DNA from: the human T2T-CHM13v2.0 reference genome, Homo sapiens
Length of the DNA: 64,000 nucleotides
Assembly (NCBI RefSeq): GCF_009914755.1
Contig: NC_060928.1
Direction: 5' to 3' (one strand)
Part shown: piece after piece, positions 41,720 to 55,483 of the stretch
Layout: each line of letters begins with the position of its first letter
Numbering within the stretch: position 1 is the first letter of the stretch
The notes under the pieces: model-generated
What the model saw: only the letters and a program-made list of their open reading frames with translations
Database searches by the model: none
What the model was told of the DNA's origin: nothing
Position numbers and translations under genes: made by a program

Positions 41720-43195
41720 TCTTTGTTAAGTCTTCCCTTTTCTTCTCTATCTTTACTCTCTTTATCTATCTATACTCCTGTCAGATGAGCTCACTCAGAA
41801 CAGCATCTTTATTTTTATTTTTTTGAGATGAGGTCTCCCTCTGCCACCCAGGCTGGAGTACAGTGGGGTAATCATAGGTCACTGCAGCCTTGACCTCCTA
41901 TGTTCAAGTGATCCTCCTGCCTCAGCCTCCCAAGTAGCTAGGCCTACAGGTGCATGCCACCATGTCAGCTAATTCTTTTAACTTTTGTTGTGATGGGGTC
42001 TCACTATGTTTCCCAGGCTGGTGTTGAACTCCTGGCCTCAAGCAATCCTCTGCCTTGGCCTCCCAAAGTGCTGGGATTACAGGGATGAGTCACCGTGCCT
42101 AGCCCCAGTGTCTTTAAATATCATCTCTAGACTGGCAAATCCCCAGTCTTGACCTCTCCTCTGAAAGCAATCTCCTCTCCAAATGTCTGTGTGCCTTTGC
42201 CTACTGGACCTCCCTGTCTACCTGTGTATGTCAATGTCTCAAAGCAACCACGCCAAAAATTATATTCTTTATCCTCACCACTCCCTTCCTCTACAATAAA
42301 GGGCTCTTCCCAGTCTTCTCCATCCCGGGAAATGGTATAACGATCTCTCCGGTTTCTCTGGCTCAAGACTTGACTCATTGTTCCCTCTCCCACAATCAAT
42401 CCAGGGCAAACCATTTAGCATGATCTCCAGGACTCATCCCGAATCTACTGCTTCTCCCCACTTCTACTTCCCCCACTTTAGTCCAAGTCCCCATCATCCT
42501 GGCATCAGCTCCTGGCAATCGCTTCCTGACCAATCACCCTGCTTCTACTCTTGCCCCATTACAATCTGTTCTTCAGATTGTAGGCAGGTGGAATGCCCTT
42601 TTAACAGATTTGAATGAGATCACAGCATTCCCCTGTTTAGAATGGTACAGTGACTTCACACTACATTCAGAATAAAACCCAATCAATTTACCACCTCCCG
42701 CAAGGCTTCCTCACCTGGTCTCCATCTCCCGCCAGGACATATATCCTTCTACCTTCCCCACCAACTCACTAGGCTCCAGACACATAGGAGCCTCTTGCTG
42801 CTCCTCACTCATGCCAAGCTCATTGCCAAGCTATGTTGGCTGTGCCCTCAATCAAGAATGCTCTTCACTAGAGACGACCTTGCTGTGGCCCTCTCCTTCT
42901 GCTCAGATGATACCTCATCAGAGAGGGCTTCCTTGATCTATCTAAGATGACACTCACCCACTATCACCTTCTATCCCTCACCTACTAATATTTTATTTTC
43001 TTCATAGCACCTTTCACTCTGAAACTATGTTGTTTATTTGCTTGTTTAAATTTGCTTGTTTAAATCTTCTCCACTACACTGTAAGCCCTAAAAAGACAGA
43101 TAATTATTCTTCTTGTTTACCATTGACTCCTTAGTGCACAGAACAATACTTGGTATGTCGTTCAATAAATATTTGCTTAATGAACAAATGAACGA
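41720..43195 (+). mobile_element. L2 (long 3' fragment) interrupted by an AluJ
   Basis: L2 blocks and terminal TCAATAAATATTTGCTTAATGAACAAATGAA. Confidence 0.75.
41808..42104 (-). mobile_element. AluJ
   Basis: Minus-strand dimer; CpG-decayed TSD CAGCATCTTT / CAGTGTCTTT. Confidence 0.92.
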
Positions 43196-43843
43196 AACTT
43201 TAAAATTCCAACATAATTTTCAAACAGACTCCCTGAACAATTGGTTTATCTCATTGGTGAAAGTGACCCTTCTACACATTTAAGCATGTGAGCTGTATAT
43301 TAAGCATACATATATTTTATTATGGTTTAAAATTTCTTTGCATCAGATCATACCGTTAAAGTACATATTCATGGAAATACCATTATAGTCACTTAAAATA
43401 GTCTCTGGTATTTTCTTTCACCTATGAAAATTAAAACTAATAATTTGGTCCCTGAAAATTTAATCTAGAAGCATGCTAGTTCTCTTATCTCTTCATTGGT
43501 AACTGCAGATAAACTGACAAGCTTTAAAATAATATGGTAAGCAAAAGATAATGGAAATGAAATGATCAATTATAAGCCAAAGAAAATGCAATCCAATATG
43601 CACAGCATAAAATATATATTGTTTAAAATCAAGAACTGGATTTTATAAAGTTTTTAAGTGTACTAAATGTAATTTTGATTCAACAAAGAGAAGAGCATAA
43701 CTTATGAAGCTTAAATGAGTTATAATTCTTCTTATTCCAAATACTTTCAAAATATAAGTATTATTCGAAGAAGTTCTATGTAGATTAATTAAAAGCAATA
43801 AAGCAGAAAAAGAGGCATATTAACTTCATTTCACAATGGTTCA

Positions 43844-44110
<267 letters not shown>

Positions 44111-44960
44111 CTATAAAGAGACACAGACTATTTCATCTAGATGCACAGCACTCTTTATACAAAAGCCCACCACAGAAATTGAAAGGCCCCTAAAGTTGTA
44201 AAACAGCCCACACCAGTTTAAACCTAGAAACAAGAAAAATAGAAAAAAAAAAAATCCCTTCTTAATCAACAGCTTTCCTACAGCAGAAAATAAATAAGAA
44301 TTGGTTTGGGCATATCTAAGGACTTTATTTAAAATAGGGGTGCACCAACACCATTCAAACAAAGGGTTTTAAAACAATTTTTTATTGTCAGTACCCCCTC
44401 TTAGTTTACTTTTCTTCAGTTTGAATGGATATTTTGTGTGTGTCACTGGCATGGCTCTCTATAGCATTTCTTGTAGACAAATACCTGGCTCCCTACAGTT
44501 TCATGCTAAGAAATTCCTCTCTTCTCTACACTGCAATAAATATAAATATAAAAAGTTGTTTTAAAATATGTCTTTTGCACAAACTGTTTTTCATTAAAAT
44601 ATGCATTATTCTCAATGACGTTGGGTAACTTTTCTATATTAAGTTTTGAAAATAGTGCTGGGCTGTTTAGAAATTCATTAACTATTAACAAGGACTAGAA
44701 TCTACATTAGGAAAAAAACTGCAAAAATAATTTTTTAAAGGTATAATGTTGTTCTCACATTTTAACTGTAAGCTCTTCCATATACAGTACTTGCATTATT
44801 AAGAAAAATATAAAATAAATGCTACTGAATGTCATAAGAATTATAGTGTGAAAAATATCCATTCACTCAAATGGAAGAGTCTGTCTTTAATAAACGTAAT
44901 TTAGGCAAGTTATTTGCATGCTTCAGCCAATGCTTAAACCCCAATAAGACCTTAGCTATG

Positions 44961-45332
44961 TACTATGATCTGAATTATGTCTCCCCAGATTCACATGTTG
45001 AAGCCCTAATCCCCAGTGTGATGGTATTTGGAGATGGGGCCTTTGAGAGGTAATTAAGTTTAGATGAGTTCATGAAGTTGGGGCCCTGGTCCAGTGGGAT
45101 TAGTGCACTTATAAAAAGAGACATCAAAGAGCCTGCTCACTTGCTCTTTCTCTGCTATATGAGGAAGCGAGAAAATGCTCTCTGTGACCCAAGGAGAGAG
45201 CCCTCACAGACAGCAACCATTCTGGCACCTTGGTCTGGACTTCAAGTCTCCAACTATGAGAAAATAAATTTCTGTTGCTTAAGCCACCTAGGCTTTGGTA
45301 TTTTGTTATGGCAGCCTGAGCTGACTAACACA
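44961..45332 (+). mobile_element. MLT1A-type MaLR solo LTR
   Basis: GTTGAAGCCCTAATCCCCAGTGTGATGGTATTTGGAG...GGCAGCCTGAGCTGACTAACACA; 5-bp TSD CTATG. Confidence 0.9.
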
Positions 45333-46069
45333 CTATGAATGGTATCAATAACTCAAAGTTGATGTTAATTGTTTGACCATAAGATGCTGTAATTCCCTTT
45401 ACTACAGAAACAATGAAATTTAAAATGTCATATTTTGTTACAAGGAGATCACTACTGTTTATAAAGGAAAAATGAAAAAACATCAAATAATCAAATACAC
45501 CAAGATCTATGCAGTTGTCCAAAGCTAAGATTACAACTACCTTACAGAAAATGCACATTTAGATTTTTTTAATGTCTAAGTATGTACCTAAAATTGTTCC
45601 TTATTCAACCCACTGTTTTGAGTTTATGATTAATGATAGCTGCATGCCATCCATAGAAGAGGATACACCACACTCAATGCCCTGTTAACAGTCTTCCCTT
45701 TAGCTCAGAATGATGTATAATAAACTAATGGAGGGAGAAAATACCTCAAGATTTAATTGGGGAAGGGAAAGTGTGAACAGTTTATTCATCACCAGGAAGG
45801 CATCCAGAAGCATAATTGCTAGATTCAAAAAGTAGACAGCCCTTGTGGTTCAACTGGACACTGTGTGCTTCCAGGAATAAATAGGTGTGATAGCACATGA
45901 TAGCACACACAGAGAGCACCACTGTTTCCCTGCAAGGAAGACTTACCCTACTTGGACTTTAAATTCCTCCAACTGTAAAATAGGAGGAAAACGGGAAGAT
46001 GCCTATAGATAATCTCCAAAGACTTTTCAGAATTAGCATGCTAAGGCTCCCTAATACCTGATGACTGTT

Positions 46070-46325
46070 AAGCAGTTCTTTTTCAGACTCAAATTGTAAC
46101 CCATTCCTGAATCAGGACGCCCACTTGCTAAGGCACAGTCTGCATTTTTTAATGAAGTAAAATACAAAATAATAGAAACTATAGACCATATCACACATAA
46201 TAGGGTAAGTGTTGCTTAACCAAACTTTAGTTACACATCATATATAACATGAACATGTATACTGGATCATGATGTAAAATGTATTTCTTGCTGTGAATGG
46301 CAGTCACGAGCTTGAATGCCACCAC
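46070..46325. mobile_element. Probable hAT-type MITE (family uncertain)
   Basis: ACTGGATCATGATGTAAAATGTATTTCTTGCTGTG resembles Charlie-group MER ends. Confidence 0.4.
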
Positions 46326-47941
46326 CCTTAAGGATGTCAGAATTGCCAACTGTACATCATTAAAGACACCCTCCTACATACAATTAGAAAAAAAGAAACA
46401 GTGCAGTCAAATAAATATATAATTAATACCATCAGATAGCTTAGCTGTGCAGCATTTGTGTTGAAATTTTAGCTGGACAGGTGGTCAGGGATAGTCACGG
46501 TAGTCATGGAGAGTGGCAACTGTCCAATCACCACGAAGAACACAGAGATGTAGAGATGATAAAACTCAAAGCTCCCCTCATGATAAGAGAATGAGAACAG
46601 AATACGAACAGTGCAGCAGAACTGAATTAATGGCAAGCCTGACTTATTTAAAATAGCTATCTACCAGCAAGTGGAATGAACACAATTTTGGACAGTGGCC
46701 TATTTCTGGCTTCAAACAATCTTGATATTTATTATACTTTGACTTAACAAAGTTGAACCAGAAACAAAAGAAAGCAGTTGTCTTAGAAAGGGTGGTGCCT
46801 CCCAGAGTGGGAACAAACAGGATGAGAGTCCAGCGCCTGAAGAGTGAGGGCAACAAAACCAACCGGTTATACCATGGACAAGGAGGCTCAAACACCCTCA
46901 CAAGCACACCCTTTCACCTCCAAAACAATGAACAAACAAATTACGGAAAGGGTAGGATCATCAAGTGCTACTCAGAAAACTATTCAGGATGATTGTACGG
47001 AATGCTATCTGCCTTAATAAAACTCCATGTGCTTTCGCCAGCTCCTTCACATTTATGACAGCTTTACTTCTTTTCATGCTTGTATCTATGACACTGCTGT
47101 TCTCAAGCATGCTGCCCTGATGTTTGCTGTGGCCTTTTAAGGTTTCAGATGTCCTCGTGTTCAGCGCGTTGACATTTTTCATAAAGACTCTAAGTTTGAA
47201 GTTAAGCTCCTATTCACTGGTCTCTTGCCACATTAGGGTGACCTCAAATGGGCCTTGTATGTGTGAAACACCAAAGTAAGGTAGCATTATAGGTAGGGGC
47301 TAGGTATATATTACAAAAGAGACCGCAAAGTATGCTCAAAACCGTTTCAGCAAATAGTTATGTGCATTTTGGCTTCCGCTTCTGCTCTTCCTTCTTCCTC
47401 ACCAGTTTTTATGAGTCAGAAGTTTTTCTGCCTCTTTCCTAAACATGTCCTTATGGGAAAGTGGGGGGCTGGTTCAGAGAGAGGATGAAGGAAGCTCAAG
47501 GAATTAGGGCAAGTTCCTTCCTTAGCATTTTACACAATTGAGATCTGGTTATAATAAATGCTGAATCTGAAAGCTTCAATACTGACAAAGATTCTCTCCT
47601 TGACTAAACTGCAGTCAGGCTCCTCTGAGCCCAGGCCTCGACCCTAGCATCCATCCTTACAGGACCTGCATCACCTGGTGTTAGCAAGAAACCTTCTAAC
47701 TCAGTTTAAAGAGAGTTCCCTCACCCTCCATGTCTGACCACCCTGGTCCTGCCTTCAGCAAGAATCCTGTTAGGTCTGTTTAACCAAAATCCCCCCTACC
47801 CTTAATGTTTCCTCTTAGTAATTTTCCATTCACTGACCCCCTCCCCACTCCTACCCCTGCTCCTCCTTGGCTGTAAATCCCTACTTGTCCATGTTGTATT
47901 TGGAGTTGAGCCAAGTTCCATACTGAGGTCTCTTTTCCCCT

Positions 47942-48374
47942 TGTGATCATTAATTTTGTGTCAATTTGACTGGCCACTGGCTTCCCAAATTAAACATTAT
48001 TTCTAGGGCGTTAAACATTACTTCTGAGGTGTCTGCAGGGTGGTTCCAGATGAGATTAGCATTTGAATCGGTGGACTCCGTTAAGTAGATTGCCCTCCCC
48101 AGTGTGAGTCCAACCCATTGAAGGTCTGAACAGAACAAAAGGCAGAGGAAGGAATTTGTCCCTTTTTTCCTTCCTCACTGCTTGAACTGGGTCATTTGAT
48201 TTCAGTTTCTTCAACCCTCCCTCTAGAGTTTACACCACTGGCTCCTCTGGTTCTCGGGCTTTCAGACACAGGCTAAATTAAAGCATTGGCTTTCCCAATC
48301 TGTAGCCTGCAGACAGCAGATCCTGGGACTTCTCAGCCTCCACAATCACATGAGCCAATTCCTCATAATCTCTC

Positions 48375-48420
<46 letters not shown>

Positions 48421-49057
48421 GTATATATATATGTATATATGTATGAGTATATATATATGAGAATATATATATGAGTATATATATGAGAATATTATATATG
48501 AGTATATATATGAGAATATATATATGAGTATATATATGAGAATGTATATATGAGTATATATATATGAGAATATATATATGAGTATATATATATGAGAATA
48601 TATATATGAGTATATATATATGAGAATATATATATGAGAATATATATATATGAGAATATATATATGAGAGTATATATACATATGAGAATATATATATGAG
48701 AGTATATATATATGAGAATATATATATGAGAGTATATATATATGAGAATATATATATGAGAGTATATATATATGAGAATATATATATGAGAGTATATATA
48801 TATGAGAATATATATATGAGAGTATATATATATGAGAATATATATATGAGAGTATATATATATGAGAATATATATATGAGAGTATATATATATGAGAATA
48901 TATATATGAGAGTATATATATATGAGAATATATATATGAGAGTATATATATATGAGAATATATATATGAGAGTATATATATATGAGAATATATATATGAG
49001 AAAAAATATATATATATATATCCTGTTGGTTTTGTTTCTCTGGAGAACTCTAACATA
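47942..49057 (+). mobile_element. MLT2B-like ERVL LTR carrying an expanded AT-rich array
   Basis: TGTGATCATTAATTTTGTGTCAATTTGACTGG...TCCTGTTGGTTTTGTTTCTCTGGAGAAC; 5-bp TSD CCCCT. Confidence 0.88.
48375..49021. repeat. AT-rich minisatellite; 10 perfect 30-bp units at 48691-48990
   Basis: (TATATATGAGAGTATATATATATGAGAATA)10 flanked by degenerate (TA)nTGAG units. Confidence 0.97.
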
Positions 49058-49527
49058 CCCCTATTGCAATGTTTCCTGAATGAAATCTGTTTTTACCACT
49101 TCGACTGCTGTTAGGCACTGGTTTTTTAACAATATCAAGTATAGTAGCCATGTAGTTATACTACAGATTGCATTAACTCCTTCCTTTATTCTACAAATAT
49201 TTATCAAACCATAAAAGTCTAGGTATAATATTGATGGGAGAAGTAGAAAGTGGGGAAAGCTGGAGGATGACAACCAGGAAGGAAATAGTACAAAGATAAA
49301 TAAGTAAAACTGCCTTCCATCAGCAAACTTAAATCACTGTGGCAGAAATAAATTAGATACATGAAGGTCTATAAAACCAGAGAGGAAATTATAAATTCAC
49401 AAAAAACATAATAATAAAGAACTATGAGAGTTCACATGAGGGAGAAATGATATGCAGAGGAAATAGTCAAAAACAACATTGACGATAGAATGCTGGGAGA
49501 GTAGAAAGAGGATGCTGCTACTGCTGT

Positions 49528-49869
49528 TGATAGATGCAGGAGGCAGATAAAAGGGAGGGTCCTCGGAGAATCTCTACCTGCCTGAGCAGTGGGAGAATAG
49601 GATGGAGCCATGGGAATTTCCCGTGCGTGCAAGGGGCAGGAGCCTGCCCTCTTCAGTTCCTGTGTTTGTGACCTGGAACCAATCTGTGAGATGGGGGCCT
49701 GTTAGCAGGAACTCCGCTAGCTTTGCTGAGAGGTCGTTTTTTTCTTTTTTCCTTTTCGCCCAATAAATTCCATTCTCCTCACCCTTCAATGTGTCTATGT
49801 GCCTAATTTTTTCTGGTCGTGTGACAAGAACCCAGTATAAGCTGAACTAAGGAACAAAGTTCTGCAACA
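49528..49869 (+). mobile_element. MER61-like solo LTR (ERV1, 342 bp)
   Basis: TGATAGATGCAGGAGGCAGATAA...CTGAACTAAGGAACAAAGTTCTGCAACA; internal AATAAA; 4-bp TSD CTGT. Confidence 0.85.
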
Positions 49870-50214
49870 CTGTGATTAGGGAACCTAGGAAGAGAAGCCC
49901 ATTTGGCAGGATGGTGGCAACTTTGGTTTTAGACATTTCAAGTTGCAATGCTCCTGGGACCCCAAATGCAAATGATTGGTGAGCTTTCCCTGAGAAAGGT
50001 AGAGACCAGAGACAAGGATGTGGCTTCTTCTGCAATGAGGTCATAGCTGAGTGGGAGTAGTGGAGCTGATCAGGAGAATCAGCATATAGAAAGAAGAACA
50101 AAGGCTTGAGAATGCATACACGATTTGTGCAAAAGCACGAAAAAGAGCCAGTATATAAGTCCGAGTGAATTAAGCTCAAAACATAAGAAACAATCCAGAC
50201 CAGTCAAATTTGGT

Positions 50215-50638
50215 AGATGTCTGTGGTTTTTGCCTTCCTGGAATGATGAAAGACATGTAACCCTTGGGTTTTTGTCCCATCATCTAGTAACAGACCTCCT
50301 TACTGCCATGGGAACTGCCTTCCATGTGATTTTGGTAAGCATAGGAGCAGTCTGGATCCTATAATCACCTGTGCTACTGAAAAACTCTTTCTCCACTAGT
50401 CCTGCTGTGAGTCTGGGGACATCTTAAACCATTTCTGCCGCCATGTGAAAGAAGGCTAACTAAGAAGTGGAGAAAGACAGATTTTCAATACCATCACAAT
50501 ACCCTGGATAAGCTGTACCTAAAGCTGATGTGCACCCTGACTCTTAAGTTATGTGGGCCAATGAATTCCCTTTCGGCTTAAGCTAATTAAAGTTGATTTT
50601 TTTTCACTCTTACAAATAAAAGAGTACTGATGGATACA
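50215..50638 (+). mobile_element. Old MLT1 LTR
   Basis: CCCTGGATAAGCTGTACCTAAAGC...TATGTGGGCCAATGAATTCCC...AGAGTACTGATGGATACA. Confidence 0.65.
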
Positions 50639-52195
50639 TAAAGTAATTATTTAAAAGTCACTTTTAAAAGCTAGTGAATGAATGCTACATCATAACCTAT
50701 AGGAAAACAAAAAGATAAGCCTTTCCACTCTTTAAAGCTTCCACACTTCTTCCTGTTCTCCACACACAGGCTGTTTTGTCTGCTTGGTTGTCTTATCAAG
50801 TGGCACCCATTAAATAATACAATACAGTAAGACCATCTGATCCTGTACCATTATACCAAGGCCTTCACATCACACCAGAAATGAAATATCATCCCATTCA
50901 AAAGCCACCCCAGAAATGGTTTCAGATTTTGTTTTGCAATAGATTGAGATTCTGTGGGAGGCTGAGTAGCTCACATTCCCAATAAGGAAAGTGCTAGGTG
51001 TGGTTGTATTCTCTCTGTGGAGGTAAAGGCAGGGAGACACAGATTTTTGTAATGCATTTAGACTCAATGACAATCAACTTTAAATACCATTACAAAGCCC
51101 CAGAGGGAGCAAGCAGCAGAACTGGGGTTAGAATCCAAGTCTGAAAGAGCTCTGTCTAGCTTCTTTTATTTTAGTCACCTCTACCCTGCGCTGCCCTGCC
51201 AGTGATTGCTACAGCTGTTGCTATTCAGTAAGAACTACAGCTACTTTCTGAAATTTGCCATGTATGCAGCTGTGATGAAAGCCATGAAACCCATCCTTCC
51301 CCCACCCCAAGTAAGTGGCGATCTCCTGTTCTTTAAAGAGATGCAACAAGTAAGAGGTTTAATAAGAATCCACCTATAATCTTCATCTGTTCTGCTCTTA
51401 TAGAAGCCCATTCCACTTCTCCTTCATTCTCATTCATTTATTCATTAACTGAACAGGTTGCTCACACCTTCTCTGAGTCAGGTATTCCAGTAGGTGTTGA
51501 GAATAAGACATGGTTTTCATCTTCAACAATCTCATCATTCAGCATAGAAAGGAGATACATATAAAACAGATAAGCAAATAAAAATATGCACAACATATCA
51601 TGTGATTAAAGGAATGAGGTCAGGGAAGGCTTCCTAGAGGAGGAGATACATGTGCTAAGTTTGTTATTTTGATGCATCTGATTCTTGGGGAAATAAGACA
51701 TGATACACAAAAAAATTAATGGAGAGATCAGTAACGCAAATGAGTATGCAATTAGTTGGTGAATAAATTTTATAAGCAATAGTTATCATAAGAGTTCTGG
51801 GAAGCATATAAGGACTACAGTAATAGCAAACCATAATATATGCTTAACACGTATAACCTCTTTAATCAACCACTTAAATAGATTTTAGGTTAAATTTGGA
51901 TGAAGAAATCCTGTCTAGAAAGGTAAATTTCTAACGGTACAAGATTAAACAATGTAAAAGTGTTAAAGACAGAATTCAGATATATGTGTTCTCATGCCTT
52001 TTGACTTGTAAGCCAGTATTCTGGCTGCTATGTCTTGGTCCAACACTGAGAAGGATTCAATGAAAGAATCATTGAGACCCTGGCAGAGAATGCACTTTGT
52101 TGCCCCTAATAGTGAGTTGAAACACACAATTAAATTAACTGTTAAACCATATTTAGGATCCCACTCAGAGACAGACTTCAAAAATAACCCTACAA

Positions 52196-52326
52196 TAAGA
52201 AATTACTTAATGGACACAATATGTATTATTCAGGTGATGGCTACACTAAAAGCCCAGATTTCACCACTACCCAATATATTCATGTAACAAAACTGCCCTT
52301 GTACTTACATTTATACAAATAAAAAA
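52196..52326 (+). mobile_element. L1PB-type 3' tail
   Basis: GGTGATGGCTACACTAAAAGCCCAGATTTCACCACTACCCAATATATTCATGTAAC. Confidence 0.8.
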
Positions 52327-52330
52327 GTCC

Positions 52331-52636
<306 letters not shown>

Positions 52637-53586
52637 TCAAACATCAGCCAACTTTTCTCACCAGAGTGAGAATTTTAGGTATACTTCGCTTTCTGCACTT
52701 CATTTCTTTTGCTTTTTCATAATTTTGTTTAGTTTGCAGCTATGAACTTAAACCATTTTTGCAGTTGGCTCCAAAAATGCTGTGAAGACAAGTGAGAGAT
52801 TCATTCATTTATTTACTCATTCATACATTCAACACATATTTACCGAGCACTACTGCATGCCAGGTACATAGCAATATTAGTAATCATCTTAATAAATACT
52901 AAAGTAGATATGAATTCCAGGATTCCAGAGGTTTCTTTCCCATTAAATAATCATTGGGATACCTAAAAGTGTTTTGAATATGGCAACTGGCCAAAGATCC
53001 CAAGAGAGCAATTGAAATACATACATTTAAAATGGTAGTTTGAATTTAACAATTGGGAGACCACTTCTGACCCTTGAAACAAGTGAACCGTCCCATTAAT
53101 TTATCCTTTTAGGGCTCACTGAACAATGGAATTGGTGACTTACATGTTCCACACTCACAGCAGGAACATTCAAAGCACGAGTGACTGAGGAAATTGCTTC
53201 CAGATTTGTTCTTCCTGCAATAATGAAACTGCCTCAATTACAAGGCACTCAAGTTTCACTTCCAAATCTCCCTGATATATACATACATACTTATATATAC
53301 ATATATATATGTATACATATATACACACGCTGAATCTCTCTCTCCACCTTCTCTTGAAGTTTTCCCCTCTTTAAAGTCCTCTTCAAAGTTTACTCATTAT
53401 TATTCTATCAAGATAAAAGACAGTTTTCTAAGGTTTAAGCCAAGAACACTCTATAAAAATAATCTCTAGGTTTAAGAGGTGGCCAGTCAAGTGACCCCAA
53501 CTCTGTTTCCCCAAGATTAATTTTTCCATTTTTCCTCAGGTTTTCTTACACTTCTTACTGAAGTCACTCTGGCACTGATGCCACCA

Positions 53587-53670
53587 ACACACATGCACTC
53601 TCACATACATGCACACTCACACTCATATACACACACACTCACATGCATACACATACATACACACACACTT
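53587..53670. repeat. Degenerate (CA)n tract
   Basis: CACA/CATG/CTCA interrupted repeat. Confidence 0.85.
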
Positions 53671-54495
53671 ACGTTCACTCTCAAAACTCTTTTTGAAGGG
53701 AAGATGAAGAACGCTTTTCCTGAATATACAATTTAAAGGATAAAGATGCCTTGTTTTATGATGCACTGCTAGGGATAAAAAGATTATTATGAAACAATAT
53801 ATAGAGAATGCTGCTATAAATAAGGATAAATCTGTGCTCCAAATGTTAACAGTGTTTATCTCTGAGTGGTAAAATTATGTGTGGTTTTATTTTTTTTCCT
53901 TTCTGCTTCTTTATATCTGCCAAAGTTTTTAACAATGTACTTGTATTTCAGTTTCTTTTAAGAAAAATAAAATTAAGTCATGTTTTGTTTGTTTAAAATC
54001 TCTTTTTCCAGGTTCCCCTAAACAAAAGGCAGGCTGGAATTCTTAGAGATTTTACTAAAGAAAAAGAAAGAATGTTGAAAGCTACAACAATCTTTTTAAA
54101 AGAGGTTTACAACATTTTCTGTCTTTGTCATAGTGATGGACAAGTTTCCCAGCCCTACCCCATTCCATATTCAGCTTTTCGAGGTCTTGTCTTGAAAAGA
54201 GAAGGTGTTCTTTTAGACTCCTAAAAGTGTGGTGTGGTGTCAGAGCACAGACACCCAATCTAGATCCTTCGCTTCCCACCCCTGACATGTCTTCAGGGGG
54301 CAGAGGCCACCCTACTTCCCATCATCTGCTAGGGAATCCCATGGGCATTATCCCATTTTGCCAAGATCAAAAGCCTTTGTTTCCTTGATGTACACCAAGG
54401 GTTTCCCACTCAGTCCTTCTGAGGATAAAGTGTGGAGGGCATGCTGCTTCTTCAACTCAGGGCTGGGGAGTTGCCACAAGAAATGAGTGCACCTT

Positions 54496-54980
<485 letters not shown>

Positions 54981-55215
54981 ATAAAAATGACACACCAGCA
55001 GAGAGAGCCCTTATGTACCACTTCACTGAGGAGCTAGGAGCTTCTAACCTAATCGTATCCAATACCCTTCTCATCCTGGTTATCCTACAACTCCACAAGG
55101 TTGTTTCTACTGATGCATCACCCATCAGCATGTCCTTCTTCTGCCCAAACTGCAACCCTTGCACACACACATACCAAAAAAACAAAAACAAAAACCTTCA
55201 AAATTACACATTTCT

Positions 55216-55483
55216 GGCCTGGCATGGTGGCTCACACTTGTAATCCTAGCACTTTGAGACACCAAGGCAGGAGGATCACTTAAGCCCAGGAGTTCAAAAC
55301 CAGCTTGAATGACAAAAATAATTAAAAATTAGCTAAGCATGATGGTGCACACCAGTAGTCCCAGTTACTCAGAAGGATGAGCAGGAGGATCGCTTGAGCC
55401 CAGGAGGTCAAGGCTGCAGTGAGTCATGATCGTGCCACTGCAATCCAGCCTGGGTGACACAGTGAGACCCTGTCTCAAAAAAA
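55216..55483 (+). mobile_element. AluJ with an internal deletion
   Basis: GGATCGCTTGAGCCCAGGAGGTCAAGGCTGCAGTGAG; TSD-like ACACATTT on both sides. Confidence 0.9.

Larger units (their letters stand above)
47583..49131 (+). mobile_element. MER31/MER67-like LTR split by an MLT2 insertion (47583-47941 and 49058-49131)
   Basis: TGACAAAGATTCTCTCCTTGACTAAAC start; resumes CCCCTATTGCAAT...TTTTAACA; flanks ATAC/ATAT. Confidence 0.8.

Noticed and set aside
38914-43064. Short direct repeats (AACTGAAGCAC x2 near 38914; TTTGCTTGTTTAAA x2 near 43037)
   Set aside because: Ordinary slippage-scale duplications with no further structure
48691-48990. CRISPR-like regular 30-bp periodicity
   Set aside because: Contiguous identical units with no unique spacers, in a eukaryotic intron
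48373-49079. 227-aa and 127-aa ORFs with [10 protein letters not shown] / [10 protein letters not shown] repeats
   Set aside because: Translation artefacts of the AT-rich minisatellite
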